Assembly (NCBI RefSeq): GCF_018350175.1
Contig: NC_058368.1
Span: forward strand, 153,018,001 to 153,082,000
Reading direction: 5' to 3'
Length of the DNA stretch: 64,000 nucleotides
From: Felis catus
Lineage: Eukaryota
In this document: positions 1 to 12,847 of the stretch, in pieces
Layout: each line of letters begins with the position of its first letter
Position numbering within the stretch: the stretch's first letter is position 1
The notes under the pieces: generated by a model
The model's database searches: none
Seen by the model: the letters and a program-made list of their open reading frames with translations, nothing else
Told to the model about the DNA's origin: nothing
Made by a program: the position numbers and the translations under genes

Positions 1-81
1 TCTGTCCCTCCCCTGCTCCTGCTCGCTCTCACTCTCTCTCAAAAATAAATAAACATTAAAAAATTAAAAAAAAAAAAAAAA
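1..81 (+). mobile_element. CanSINE 3' end (truncated by window start)
   Basis: CT-rich tract, AATAAATAAACATT and poly(A). Confidence 0.85.
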
Positions 82-84
82 GAA

Positions 85-285
85 ATGTACAAATCCATAA
101 AAGGCACAGCGTGAGGAACACAGTCACCGAGATTGTAATAGCAAAGTAACAGGACAGGTACTTTGGTATTACAATAGCTACACTTAATGAACACAGCTAT
201 AAATGTATAAACTTGTCAGATCAGGTTGTACACCTGAATCTAATGTAACATTATGTCAACTATATTCAAATAAATAAATAAATGC
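85..285 (+). mobile_element. LINE-1 3' UTR fragment (older carnivore/laurasiatherian type)
   Basis: gttgtacacctgaatctaatgtaacattatgtcaactata followed by (AAAT)n, a typical L1 terminus. Confidence 0.7.
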
Positions 286-469
286 AATATAAAACTCTAT
301 GTATTTGCCATTTTTAGAATGACTGTTCATTATCTCAGTTTGAGCAACACATTAACTTATTTTCCCTTTGAGTCATTGAATCCTAGATTCTGATAAGAAC
401 AGTTTGTTTTCTTAATATCCTTGATCACTTTTAGCATGGTTTCAAAATACAGGTGTTTGTTTCTTACAG

Positions 470-586
470 ATTGTGTTCTTGGCTTCTGCATATGCAAGTA
501 CCCAACTCACAGATGAGAGCTGTTCGGCCATGGCTGCTGTCACACATTACCTGTATCTTTGCCAGTTCAGCTGGATGCTCATTCAG
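470..586 (+). CDS. ADGRV1: ADGRV1 internal coding exon (117 nt, phase 0-0), end of TM2, ECL1 and TM3: [39 protein letters not shown]
   Basis: Acceptor tttgtttcttacAG (ends 469) and donor CAG|GTtggt (587); 39 open codons. The peptide carries the adhesion-GPCR TM3 pattern (C...HYxxLxxFxWM) and matches my recollection of ADGRV1 (probably equivalent to human exon 84; numbering from memory). Confidence 0.96.
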
Positions 587-779
587 GTTGGTACCTCATT
601 TCCTTCTCCACCCCCTTCAGCGTTGCAGTGAATCTGCATGGAATGTTCTTCCTATCTGCTATTCTTTATACTGAAGTGGAAGTAATTCCATATATCTATC
701 ACTGCATTCCTAGGAGATCATTGGAAAGAAAACCTTGTAAGCTGTACAACATCAGAAAGTTTAGCGAATTGGGGAAATG

Positions 780-1470
780 GGAAAAAACATAGTAGGGGTA
801 GAAATAAGGAAGTGGTAGGAGATGAGGCTTGTGATGTGGACCCTGTAAAGCACAGTAAGAAATGTGAACTTTTTTCTAGGGGAGGTCATAGAATGAAACA
901 AGTGACGTGACAACGTTTGTATTTTAGGAAGATTTTCCTGTTTGTAGTGAATTGGTGACAGAAGGGTTGACATGGGAGCTAATTAAGTTTACATTAGCTG
1001 CATCCAGGTAAGAGAACGTGGCAGTGTGAACCTGAGAGTAGCAGAAGAAGCTTTTGAGATTTCTTTCTTTTTTTTTTTAAACTATAATAATAGAATGTAT
1101 AGATGGTTAAGAAGAATGCAGAAGGTGGAACCAAGGATGATTCCCAAGTTTCTGCATGAGTAGATGGGTGGATGGGGGTGCCTTGAACTGAAATAATGAC
1201 CACTGGAAATTACAGGAAGGATGATGACACTTTTAGGACATGCTGAGTGTGAAGTTTCTCCAGTGTAAGACCTCCAGTGGGGACTTTGGGAGAAGTGGGA
1301 TACACAGTACTAAATCTCAGAACAGAGGCCCATGCCATATAAATACTTAAGAAAATTGTTGACTTACAGTTGGAAAATGAGTGCATTGCTTTAGAAGAGA
1401 TCGCTTTGGGAGAAAGTACAGAGTAAGACCTGAACAGTCCTAGTATACACCTGAGGAACTAGTAAACGTT
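780..1470 (-). mobile_element. LINE-2 fragment (ancient)
   Basis: L2-like wording such as aaggatgattcccaagtttctg and ttttaggacatgctgagtgtga; boundaries approximate. Confidence 0.6.
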
Positions 1471-1899
1471 GCAGAGAGACGTGAACTCTTCCTTTTCTGC
1501 CTAAAATCCCAAGTTCTCTTCATTGTCCTATGCAGATTTGCTTGATAAAGAGAAAAATATGAAAGCTGGATCCACTTAAGTAGTGTTAATGTCATTAAAT
1601 GGCTCAACTAAATGAAATGTTGCCTTTGATAATGCTTTGATATTGTTAAATCTTTCATACAATACAAAGTTTTGTTTGTGTTTTTGAATATGCATGTGAA
1701 CTATTTCATGCAAACAGATGCATTCAGTGCTTGCATATTCTTTTTTCTTGTTGAATAAAAGGATGTGGGGTTTTCACTACACAGCAATAATGAAAGAATA
1801 TGAGAGTACCATACAAACTCATGGAAGGGATATTTTGCAAGGTATGATATTATAGTTGTTGGGAGAACTGAACTGAATTATTTAGTTAATAGAACTAAT

Positions 1900-2045
1900 T
1901 GCAATAATTAAAGCCCTGAATCTGGGTTTGAATTCTGATTTTGCCACTATCTTTGTAACTTCAATCAAGTTTTTGGCCTTTTCCAAGTTTTGTTTCTAAA
2001 TCTGCATACGAGGGTAATTCCTTCTTCATAGAATTATTATTTCAT
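1900..2045 (+). mobile_element. MIR fragment
   Basis: ctgggtttgaattctgattttgccact...tttctaaatctg, a MIR core-like sequence. Confidence 0.5.
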
Positions 2046-2128
2046 AGGTCTTTAAGCAGCTCTAATTATGAAAAGCTTCTGGTGTTCTCAAACCCCTCCC
2101 CCATAATTAAAAAGTAAAGCTAGATCTT

Positions 2129-2345
2129 GGGGCACCTGGGTGGCTCAGTCGGTTGAGCACCCAACTTTGGCTCAGGTCGTGATCTCACGGTTTGTGGGTT
2201 TGAGCCCCACATTGGGCTCACTGCTGTCAGTGTTGTCACTGTTGAGCCCATTTTGGATCCTCTGTCCCTCCCTCTCTCTTCCTCTCCCCAGCTCATGTTT
2301 TCTATGTCATAAATAAACATTAAAATAAAAAAATTGAAATATAAA
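2129..2345 (+). mobile_element. CanSINE
   Basis: ggggcacctgggtggctcagtcggttgag head (Pol III A box), CT tract, A tail; degenerate TSD aaaagt(a/t)aagcta(g/a)atct. Confidence 0.92.
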
Positions 2346-2639
2346 AAAAGTTAAGCTAAATCTAAACCATATAACATAAAACTTAATATTTGCTGATATT
2401 AAAGTATTTACTAGATTCTCTGCAAAATTATTTTAAGAGTTTAAGCTGAACTTTTTATGTGTACCATGTATATATTGTTACTTATCTGCTTGGACTGAGG
2501 TCCTCAGTGTTGTGTGGAAGGTCTTTGTCCAAGTCGCTGCCCTACTCAGTTTTTGATGAATGAGTCAGATAAAGACCCAGGGAACTGTCCTATCAGGTAT
2601 GCAGATGATACAGAGTTGAGAAAACAGCTAAAACAGAAA

Positions 2640-3330
2640 GCTGCCTGGATTAGCGATGCAGGTAGAATCAACATAGAGAAACTGCTGTGAAAGATTGAAA
2701 ACTGAACATAATCTGATGGGGTTAAGATAAACCACCTGAAATATTAATTTAACACAGACTTAGGTGCAATCAAATGTGTGACCAGATTGCTTAAAACAGC
2801 AACTACAAAAACAACACAGACCTAGGTTACATTAATAACAGCATAGAGGTAGGTGAGGGAATCATGGTTACATTGTAATCTACAAATGTTCAAGAAACCT
2901 TGGAACCCTGTAACCACTTTCATGAATCCTGTTTCACCAGGAATATTAACTAGCCAATGAGAAGTTGGAAACAGTCTTGTAAGAAACTTTGAGGCAGCTG
3001 GAGATAACTAACCTGGAAAGAATTTAGAGTGATGTGATGGCTGTCCACAAATACTGGAAGTGCTACTACAGGAAATAAAGACTGGTCTGTAGCTCTAGTT
3101 GGAAGAATGGCACAAATGGGTCCAAAATTAGAGAAGCAAGTTTTGATTCACTTTAAGGTCTTTGATAGCCAATAAAACTGTCAAAATTGAAGAGGCTGTT
3201 TCTCTAAACAGAAAGTACCAGTCAGTGAAATATATTCAAACAGGGATAAATGAACAACTTTCAAACATGTTTTCCTGCCTTGGGGCAGTGTTAGATGGGA
3301 TCACATATAAGATTTCACCCAACTCAATAG
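2640..3330 (+). mobile_element. CR1/L3-like ancient LINE fragment
   Basis: gatggctgtccacaaatactggaagtgct...aatgggtccaaaattagagaagcaagttt resembles the L3 3' region; highly diverged. Confidence 0.4.
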
Positions 3331-3661
3331 AGACTGATGTATTCTCTATCTCTTTTTCCAGTCTTAAGTAAATAAGATTGTGGCTGATGGACATTTAGTA
3401 AGGTAATTAGATATCTGTATGGCTATTGGTTAGGAAAAGTATTGAAAGTACCAGTGAAGTTTAATGTATTTCAGATGGCACACCACACATTTTTCATGGT
3501 TTGTGGTGCAACCACAAGGGGAAAATTCAATAATTTCTCATTCTAGGTAGGTTACTTCTAATGAGTTACTTTGTGGGAAGAGGTTGTCACTTTACCAACA
3601 TGTGTTTTCCTATTTGTAAACTACTGCCTGCTAAAATCTTATTTTTAAAATAGAATCCATT

Positions 3662-3876
3662 AAAAAAAATTTTTTTTAACATTTATACATTTTTGAGAGA
3701 CAGAGCATGAGTGGGGAAGGGGCAGAGAGAGAGAGGGGGAGACACAGAATCTGAAGCAGCCTTCAGGCTCCAAGCTGTCAGCACAGAGCCCAGCGTGGAA
3801 TTCAAACTCATGGACTGTGAGATCATGACCTGAGCTGAAGTCAGATGCCTAACCTACTGAGCCACACAGGCGCCCC
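3662..3876 (-). mobile_element. CanSINE
   Basis: Reverse-complement SINE ending ...caggcgcccc; TSD tagaatccatt on both sides. Confidence 0.92.
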
Positions 3877-4070
3877 AAAACTAGAATCCATTTTTAAAAC
3901 GTTGTGTAAGAGATTAGATTGCTGTTAATCCAATCCTGATAGTCAATTAGGGTTTAAAAATGTTTTAATATTAACATTTTAGTAATTCTACTTCTTATTT
4001 TTAACAGGACAGAATTTGACTTATGTATGTGTGTGCATAGCTTATGACAAAAAGTTAACCATTAACTTTT

Positions 4071-4093
4071 TTTTTTTGAATGTTTTATTTATT

Positions 4094-4127
<34 letters not shown>

Positions 4128-4295
4128 CGACTAGCAGGGGAGGGGCAGAGTGAGAGAGGGACACAGAATCTGAAGCAGGCTCCAGGCTCTGAGCTGTCAG
4201 CCCAGAGCCCAACGTGGGGGTCAAACTCACAAACCGTGAGATCATGACCTGAACCGAAGTCGGATGCTTTACTGACTGAGTCACCCAGGCGCCCC
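4071..4295 (-). mobile_element. CanSINE with (GA)n
   Basis: Perfect 15-bp TSD taaccattaactttt at 4056-4070 and 4296-4310. Confidence 0.95.
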
Positions 4296-4484
4296 TAACC
4301 ATTAACTTTTAATCATTGGACTTAGCATGTCAGAATTACTGTTCATTTTGACCTGCTTCATATCTTCAGTGTTAGAAAAAATGCATTTAAATAACTTTAT
4401 CTTGAACTTTTATATGATATACTTTTAGTACATTATAGTAAAACTGGATTATATTTTAGAGTAGTTAATGAAAGATTTTATCAG

Positions 4485-4650
4485 TAAACAAGTTACATAA
4501 CTTTTCTGAGCCTAAATTTTCTTATCTGAATAATCAGATTCGTAATAACAGTACCCGTCTTTGAGGATTGTGGAAAGATAAAATGAATTCATACGTGAAA
4601 AGAGCTTGGAATTGTGCCTGGCACCAACTGCTCCATACATATTTACCCAA
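4485..4650 (+). mobile_element. MIR fragment
   Basis: caagttacataacttttctgagcct...aaatgaattcatacgtgaaaagagcttggaattgtgcctggcac. Confidence 0.65.
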
Positions 4651-6039
4651 TATTATTGGCTAAGCAAATATGTATGGCTAATATTCCATGGATTTTGAAA
4701 CACGTTACAAACTATGTTTTTCCAGTACAATTTCCACTTTTTTATTCCCAAAAGAGAATTTGCTTGATAATAGTAGGGAGAGACTCAGAGTGAGGCAGAC
4801 AGCAACTAGCTGTGAAGCTTCAGCAAGCTAGATAAATAACTTCTAACCTCTTGTACTGACGTACTCGCATGGCTCATCACAGCATCTGTAACTGGTGACC
4901 TTCACTCTGTGTCTTTAGGCTTCCCCCTTTCTGGACAGGGAAGTTGTATCACTAATGATTGGAATAGGGTAACAAACTATTTCCCTTATTTTTTTTCAAG
5001 CAAACAACTCACAAATTCCCTTTTAGGCCATGGAACCTGAATTATCCTTGTTCATCATGCAAAAACCATGAAACTACTGAAATAATCTTCCACTTCCTTA
5101 AAACAGCCGGTCATGTCTACTTTCAGAAAAACGAACAGTGAGAATTTAAACTCTTGTACGATTTTTACTGTCTTTTCCTAGTTTCTATTGTTCTATTTTC
5201 ATTTCCTTTTTCTGTTTTGATTTGCTTTCATTTTAGAAATAGCATATACTTGTGGTACAAAACATAGTCAAACACTGAAGAGAAAAATAAAATGAAAAGT
5301 ACATCTGTTTCTCCCTATTTCACACACTTTCCACCCTCTGCTTTACCCTCAACCCTACTCCCAAATGTAAACACTGTTAGTGGTTTCCTGTGTATCTTTC
5401 CAGAAGTATTCCACAAATATACAAACATTTATAAATATATAAAAAAGCACATATGTGTATATTCTTGTGTGTGTGTGTGTGTTTATTTACTTATATATAG
5501 TGCATATAAATTTATTTATACACACACTTACCAAATACAGTTATACTTTTTTTCCGATTTTATAATATGGTTATTCTATAGTTTATTTTTCTGGTCTCTT
5601 ATTAATGAAATACTAGTTAATTTCAGTTAATTTTCTAGTATAAACTATGCTTCCTTGAACATCCTTGCATTCTGAATATTTATTTACTTTTGGAATATTC
5701 TTAGAATAAATTCCTAGAACTTATGCCTTTACTATTAACATTTACATGAAATGTACTGTGAGATGAACTGCCAGACCATGAGTTAATCCATGAAGAAAAT
5801 AAATCACAAGTAACTTATTCGAGATGTTAGTATATAATATGGGTAAATAGAAACTTACTTTTTCTGTATATTCATTTGGCCCACTTTTATGATCATTTCC
5901 TGTCACCAAAATCATATAGCAGTCTACTTCAGATATGAACAATATCCAAACCTTCGATTACCCTTACAGTTTGTTGATTTCATGCTTAGGGAAATAGTAT
6001 AATGTTTTATTTTAAAACTAAAGCTTACTTGAAGAAAAA

Positions 6040-6249
6040 AATTTTTGTTAAATTTTTCATGTTTTTTATTTTTTGAGAAAGTGTGAGCTGGGGAGAGGCA
6101 GAGAAGGAGGGGGACAGAGGATCCAAAGCGGGCTCCATGCTGCCAGGCTGACAGCTGGAAGCCCGATGCAGGGCTTGAACTCAGGAACTGCAAGATCACG
6201 ACCTGAGCCAAAGTCAGATGCTTAACTGACTGAGCCACCCAGGCACCCC
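6040..6249 (-). mobile_element. CanSINE
   Basis: ...tgagccacccaggcacccc terminus and T-rich tail on the left. Confidence 0.9.
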
Positions 6250-7195
6250 AAAGAACATATTTTTTAATTGCAGGATAAAGTTAGAAATCATTCAGCAATT
6301 GTAACTTGTGCCTTAATTTCTGTGTAAAATCAGGCTATGAGGAAGCAAATATATATATTATTTATTCCTTGGCAGAAAGGCTATTTAGTGCCAGGGCATA
6401 GCAACAAGAAGGAAAATGCTACAACTAGCTGTGTTTCTCCTTCATCATTGATTTAATTTGGGAGGACATCAAAACTATTAAGGACAACGGACTGGTAATT
6501 ATAAAGATAAAAATGACATACCCAGGAAATACTGAATTCTCCAGTCCTCAAAAAGCCTTGCAATTTATTTCATGCATAATTGTTAAGAAAGAGGGAGGCT
6601 AACTTTAGCAAGGACATGTGGTAACATTTCTTAGACTCTTCTCTGAAATGAACGACTAAGAACATATGATAATGACACAATTAATAGCATCCATGATCTC
6701 TGAGTAAACTTGATACTATAAATCAGTCTAAGGTTTCTGGTGACAGAGTTAATAACCAAATATTAAATGACAGGCAAGATACCAGTCTTACCCCATGTAG
6801 CATAAAAATATATGGGGCTCAGGAAGCCTACTTTTAACTGTAAAAAAATAAAAAGAATTTCACCTTTATGTTTTACAAATGTACTAATATCCAATATATT
6901 AATATATGTTATATGAGTAAACTAATGAATTTGTGTTTATGGAGCATATGAAAGCATAATTATGGCCTATGATAATTAATAAGGTAAGTCTTCATTTTTC
7001 CTATGTGGATATTGGAAAATAGTAGTAGTCACTGAAAATGTTACTATAAAAATGAAGAGATGTGTCTGTATAAGAATATAAGTAACTATACTTACAGACA
7101 CATGATTTTTTAGTTTATTCCTATCTATATTTGACCTAGATTATATCTGGCTATTTTGGTTGGTTTGCATTTTAATCAGAATCAATTTAAATTCT

Positions 7196-7418
7196 GGGGC
7201 GCTTGGGTGGCTCAGTCAGTTAAGCATCTGACTTCAGCTCAGGTCATGATCTCACAGCTTATGAGTTCATGCCCCACATCAGGCTCTGTGCTGACAGCTC
7301 AGAGCCTGGAGCCTGCTTCAGATTCTGTCCCCTCTCTCTCTGCCCCTCCCCCACTCACACTCCGTGTCTCTCTCTGTCTCTCAAAATAAATAAACATTTA
7401 AAAATTAAAAAAAAAAAG
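7196..7418 (+). mobile_element. CanSINE
   Basis: TSD aatttaaattct at 7184-7195 and 7419-7430. Confidence 0.95.
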
Positions 7419-7476
7419 AATTTAAATTCTAACAACTTCAGTTACTTCTTCCATCCTCAGCTTCCTCCTGTGTGTT

Positions 7477-7477
7477 A

Positions 7478-7536
<59 letters not shown>
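7477..7536. repeat. (AAAG)15 microsatellite followed by an A-rich tract
   Basis: Read directly. Confidence 0.95.
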
Positions 7537-7537
<1 letters not shown>

Positions 7538-8650
7538 AAAGAAAATGGGAAAAAGGAAAAAAAAAGAAAAAAACTATAATAAAAGTTAGGAAAACCATTG
7601 TTTTGATTAAATGAGATATAGTTAAAAGTGGCGTCTACATTTATTACTCAATTAGTAAATATTGGTTCCATTCTTCCTCTCATAAATTATTGCATTTAAC
7701 ATTTTAAAGTTTGCACCAGTTAACTTTGATCCTCGTCACTAGGAGTTCAAGCAAATCAATTAAAATTTTTGAGCCTCCCAACAATCTTTTCTGGCAAGAT
7801 AGTATATAACTGAGTAAACTCAGTAACTAAACCGAATTATAAAATTGTTAAATTCAACAAAACTTATTAACTCAAATTGTATAGATCTTCATTTGTTTGG
7901 TATTTCTCAGCAAATACTATATGCAAAGCATTTTACTAGATACTCTGAGATACACAAAAATTAATTTCCCACATGCCACAGTCATGTTTGAACAATTTAT
8001 CTTCTGATAAACCTTTGTAAAATGTCTTTTAGTGTTAGCAAAAAAAATGGAGAGGAAAAGAGAAAGGGTAATTTGCATACTTTTACAAGCAAAATGCATC
8101 TCCACAGGCATAGGAAGTGTTTGGGGGAAATGAGAGGGGGAAAAAAGCTCTCGTGTGAAAAATATTGTCAATATTTTTGTGAGTCTCTATGGAAATAAAT
8201 CTTAATCAGTCTTCAGAGGAACCTTGGACTTATTTTCTAATCCCAGCTCTATAATTAACCAAAATATGAAAAAGCTGTACTTTTCTCTCATTGCCCTTGC
8301 TTCCTCATCTCTAATAAGAGGGTATGTGTGGTAAGATGATCTGTAAACTTGGTATTAACTTCTAAAATTCACAGTCTGAGCATCCATACCATTAGTGTTT
8401 TTATTTAAGAAATTGTAATTTCTACAATGATTCAATCATAAAGTATGAGTAAGGAAATTGTTAGTAGCATAGTTTAACTTGTCCCTTTACCAGAGAAGGA
8501 AACTGAAACCCAGAGGAACCAAATAATGTTGGCCAAAAACATACAGCTTATCCATGCACAACCACGTCAGAATCCAAATCAAGTCACTAAATCAATGTGT
8601 CTTTTCAAAAAGTGTTTAAACTCATTATTTATATTATTATTTACCTGAAA

Positions 8651-8858
8651 CTTTATTTTTTTTCAATGTTTACTTATTTTTGAGAGACAGAGAGAGAAAG
8701 AGCATGAGCAAGGGAAGGGCAGAGAGAGAGGGAGACACAGAATCCAAAGCAGGCTGCAGGCTCTAAGCCGTCCGCACATGGGCCTTGAACTCACAGACCG
8801 CGAGATCATGACCTGAGCCAAAGTCAGATAGTTAACTGACTGAGCCACCCTGGTGCCT
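8651..8858 (-). mobile_element. CanSINE
   Basis: Reverse-complement SINE; head-to-head with the next copy. Confidence 0.9.
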
Positions 8859-8913
8859 TCGGAAGGTGGTAAATGTAGCAGTGTTTAGAGGTGATGTTAA
8901 AAATGTGACTGGT

Positions 8914-9132
8914 GGGGCGCCTGGGTAGCTGAGTCGGTTGAGCGTCTGACTTCAGCTCAGGTCATGATCTCGCAGTTCATGGGTTTGAGCCCCGTATCAG
9001 GCTTTGTGCTGACAGCTCAGAGCCTGGAGCCTGCTTTGGATTCTGTGTCTCCTTCTCTCTCTGTTCCTCCCCTGCTCACATTCTGTCTCTCTCTCTCAAA
9101 GATAAATAAAGATTTAAAAAAAAATTTTTTTT
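8914..9132 (+). mobile_element. CanSINE
   Basis: ggggcgcctggg head; TSD aatgtgactg. Confidence 0.93.
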
Positions 9133-9899
9133 AATGTGACTGTGGTAACATCACTGATTTTTGGACACTGAAAAACATTTTATTCAGTTGTCCCTTTCGA
9201 AGTGTCTGTTGGGTTCCTAAAGCTGAAAATAGTTTTGAATCATTTGGGGCTTGCCTTCAGCCTACATTACATTAATACTAGGAATCTGTGAGCTGTGTGT
9301 TATGAAGTATAGTCAAGTTAGATTAATACAGTTGGCTAAATTGGGGGATAGTAACATTTTGGCTAAAAAATAGAATGACTACGTAGTGGTGATGTCTTGA
9401 GATGGCCCATAAGATGGTTCTAACAAAAATTTTAAAGCTTAGAGATAAAAACGTAAATAGAGACCTAACTATTGAAATTTTCATTTCACAGTGTTTGGCA
9501 GGAAAAAAGTGACATATGGACAGTGAACAGTAAGCCATGCTCAGTCCACCTGAAGCATGTTTGGGTGAGAGTGACACCCTTTAACTTGCATTGAGTTCTC
9601 AAAATTTCGTTAGTTCCAGTATTGGGTCATCACACAGACACCAAGGCACACAGATTGCATATGCTGTGAATCTATCAACATGAAATTATCATACAGACAT
9701 GATGGTCTTTAAACCCTCTTACCTCAGATTACAGGAGAGGAACCGTGATTATAAGGAAAAGAACGTAGTCACTGCTCCACTGTCTTCTCTGTTTAGAGAA
9801 TGGTGGTAACTGGTGATTTTAATCCCACTGCGTTTGAATAGCATTATATATCTCACTCATTTTCCTTTTTTCTTTTAACAACAAACTAAATTGAGCTAA

Positions 9900-10260
9900 T
9901 TTGAGCAAACATTTAAATCAAAAAAGGAATAATAAGCATGTAGGATAACTTACTGAACCCAAGAACTGTAAGAATTGTCTCCTCTGAAAACACACTTTCT
10001 CTCTTCCCTGGGCTGTTACCTATTCCTACCGCTAAAGTTCCTATGTCCTCTTTTTTCAGCTGACCAGCTGAATTTCAAGAAATTCAGTGATTCATAATTG
10101 ACCCAGCTTGGGTCAAACTTCTGTCCCAGATCAAATCAGCTATGAATTGAAGAACAGGGTCATGAATCCACTCTGCATATTTGGGAGTGGAATCAGTAGT
10201 GGAAAGATAGGGTTCTGAGAAGAACTCATGACCCAGTCGTATCTCAAAAGATACCTACCA
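9900..10260. mobile_element. Possible old MLT1 (ERVL-MaLR) LTR fragment
   Basis: aattgacccagcttgggtca...aatcagctatg resembles MLT1J/K; very diverged. Confidence 0.35.
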
Positions 10261-11542
10261 TACTATATTAAAATATCTTAAAATTCAAGTAAAACTTGAA
10301 GTTAGCTCACCAACACAGATTTTATCTTTGAGCCATATGGTATTTCTAAGATAATTAAACATCATTTCATTACATTGTATCTCAATTCTGTAGCAAAAAG
10401 AAGAAAACAAAACAATACTTACAGTGGGAAATCCTGTCCTTAAAGTACGTCAGTGGTTGGATTCTTTTGGGAGGGAAAAGGATTTTTTTTTTTTTAAGTC
10501 AACAAAGGTTGTGACTATAGGAGTTGTGTTGTTTGTTCATCAGCACTGTGCCTTGAGCTTTTTGGAGCAGAAGCCATGCATGTCCAAATCTAGCCAACAG
10601 TTACACTTGTGTCAGTCTTATCTGAGCCTCTGGTAAAGGTCAGACAGTTGCCAAAAGACTGGGCGATTCTAACTGATGGAACTAATGTCCATCTTTATAA
10701 AAGCAGACATTTCTGAAATACCCAATCTCTATCATGATGAACCAACTTAGAAGTCATTTAACCCACTCTTTTCTGATTCTTCCACCAACTATCCCACTGA
10801 GTTACCATCGTATATGGATACACACAAACGTCTATTTAAAATAAATAATTAATACTTTTATTTGGGAAATGGGCTAATCATCCTTCTTTTGCCTGAATTT
10901 TTATTCTGTAACAGGCTGTTTGATCACCTCAGCGTCAGACAGTTGATGCGGTCCCACTTACTTGGGTGCGCATCCCGGTCCTAATTATGGAAAGAAGGGA
11001 GAAAACCCTGTTGGACCCAATGATTTGAAAAAGAAGTTAGAACAAATTTACATAAGGAACAACTCAAAACATGCTTCATAATTACAGGCATATGCAGATA
11101 TACATAAAGATATGGAGTGCTGACAGGAAATAAAATTCAGAGACAAAAATCTCCAAGTAACCAAACATTTTTATTTTTTCCTGGCTTAGGCCGTTCAGTA
11201 CTAATCCCTCAAGGCTGATTGGGTCCAGATAGAACCTTACTTGGAAGACTCTGTAAGCAGCACCTAAAAGCCTTCCCATGAACATTAGACGTGCTTATTT
11301 ATCCCATAGAAAGAGTTTCCATTGTATCACAGCTTACTTTTGGTCTTAAACGGTTTATCTTTTGTCTTTCACACTGTCTGACATCCTAAAAGGAGATTTA
11401 AGGGAGGTGGTAACATTTTCTAATGGTGACAATGTGCTCAGCACTTTATACATAATATCTCATTTAATCTTTGTAATAACCTCATTGTATGCATAAGGGG
11501 ACCAAAGCTATGGCATTGTTGCTTGCTCCTGATTAGCTCTCT

Positions 11543-11625
11543 GATATATATAAATACTTATGTATGTATGTGTGTGTGTATGTACATATATATGTGTGTG
11601 TGTGTGTAGGTGTATATATGTATTT
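11543..11625. repeat. Compound (TA)/(TATG)/(TG)n simple repeat within a MIR-like remnant
   Basis: Read directly. Confidence 0.8.
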
Positions 11626-12668
11626 ATGCTCACACATTTTCCACCAGATGAAACTGAGAAGGAGGATTTATTTAGTAAAGAAGTATCATTGCATGAGTAA
11701 TGACATTCAGTGTTGTTGCTCTGCTAACTGTAATTAAACATAAGTACTCTAATGGAAAGAGAACACTAGAAGGCAGAATATATAAGCTCCAAATTTGGCT
11801 TAGGCGTGGGAGCTAAAGCGTGGGATTTGGGGCCAATAAGAACATTTTGTTTTCCTATTCTGTTTATCTGATGCTCCCCCTCATCTTCCTGATTCTCTAT
11901 ATGCTTATCTTTTATATTTTTATCTAAATAAGAAATAATGGATATAAAATATGATCTAAATATAAAACAAATATTTTCATTAATATTTCTTTGCCACTTG
12001 TTTGGAAACTAACATACAAGAAAGCAAATACCTCCCCTATCTCTTTCACTGCTATATCCCCTGTGCCTGGACTGGCCCCTGGAATTCAGTGAGCATTCAG
12101 TAAATATTTGTCAGGTAAATGAATGAAAAAGAGTATAAACTGAGAAAGAAAAACAGCTACAAAAACTACCCCATCTTAGTCCTTTTTTCTCTGTGGAGTC
12201 ATTTTCTGTTTACTCATCTGTATCCCGTACTGGGAACTGACATGGGGCTATCTTCACAATTATGTACACATTCCTAGAAAAGTGTCTAGCCCTGTCATAA
12301 AAGCCATAATAAAAATTGTCCAATAGTCTAGAAAAATGGGCTATTTGCTTCATTATCATCATGAAGTTGTTCACAGGAGAAGTAGGTTTGAATATCAATG
12401 TATGTTTCTTCAAAGACACATTCACAGAACAATCATAGATGATTGTGACAATAAATCAAAGCAAACTAAGAAAAATAAAAGGTATAATAAATATTTTTCA
12501 CTATTTCAAGATTTGGGAGGTATCCTGAATTTCTGTGAACTAACTAAAAAAAAATCAAATAAAAAATAATTATAAAGTAATGGTAGCCCTTTGTTGGTCA
12601 GTAGTAAGTTTGTGTCCTGTGCCATTAGACCAGAACCTGTTCATTTTATGTTCTGTTTCCTTCTTTAG

Positions 12669-12847
12669 TCTGTGAATTTCTGGTACGTACTGGTGATGAA
12701 CGATGAACACTCAGAGAGGCGATATCTACTATTTTTCCTTCTGAGTTGGGGACTTCCAGCTTTTGTGGTGATTCTCCTCATAGTTATTTTGAGAGGAATC
12801 TATCATCAGAGCATGCCACAGATCTATGGACTCATCCATGGTGACCT
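12669..12847 (+). CDS. ADGRV1: ADGRV1 internal coding exon (179 nt, phase 0-2), end of TM3, ICL2, TM4 and ECL2: [59 protein letters not shown](L)
   Basis: Acceptor gttctgtttccttctttAG (ends 12668) and donor CCT|GTAAGT (12848). Continues the previous exon in frame (..WMLIQ|SVNFW..) and contains the TM4 WGxP motif. Probably equivalent to human exon 85 (from memory). Confidence 0.97.

Larger units (their letters stand above)
587..12668 (+). other. ADGRV1: ADGRV1 intron (12,082 nt, GT-AG)
   Basis: Bounded by the donor and acceptor of the two in-frame exons. Confidence 0.93.

Noticed and set aside
453..792. ORF-track ORFs 453-674 and 559-792 overlapping the first exon
   Set aside because: They are in the wrong frames; the real coding frame is the splice-bounded 470-586 exon.
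10734..10777. ATGATGA...CTGA resembling snoRNA C/D boxes
   Set aside because: Spacing too short, no terminal stem and no recognisable rRNA-antisense element.
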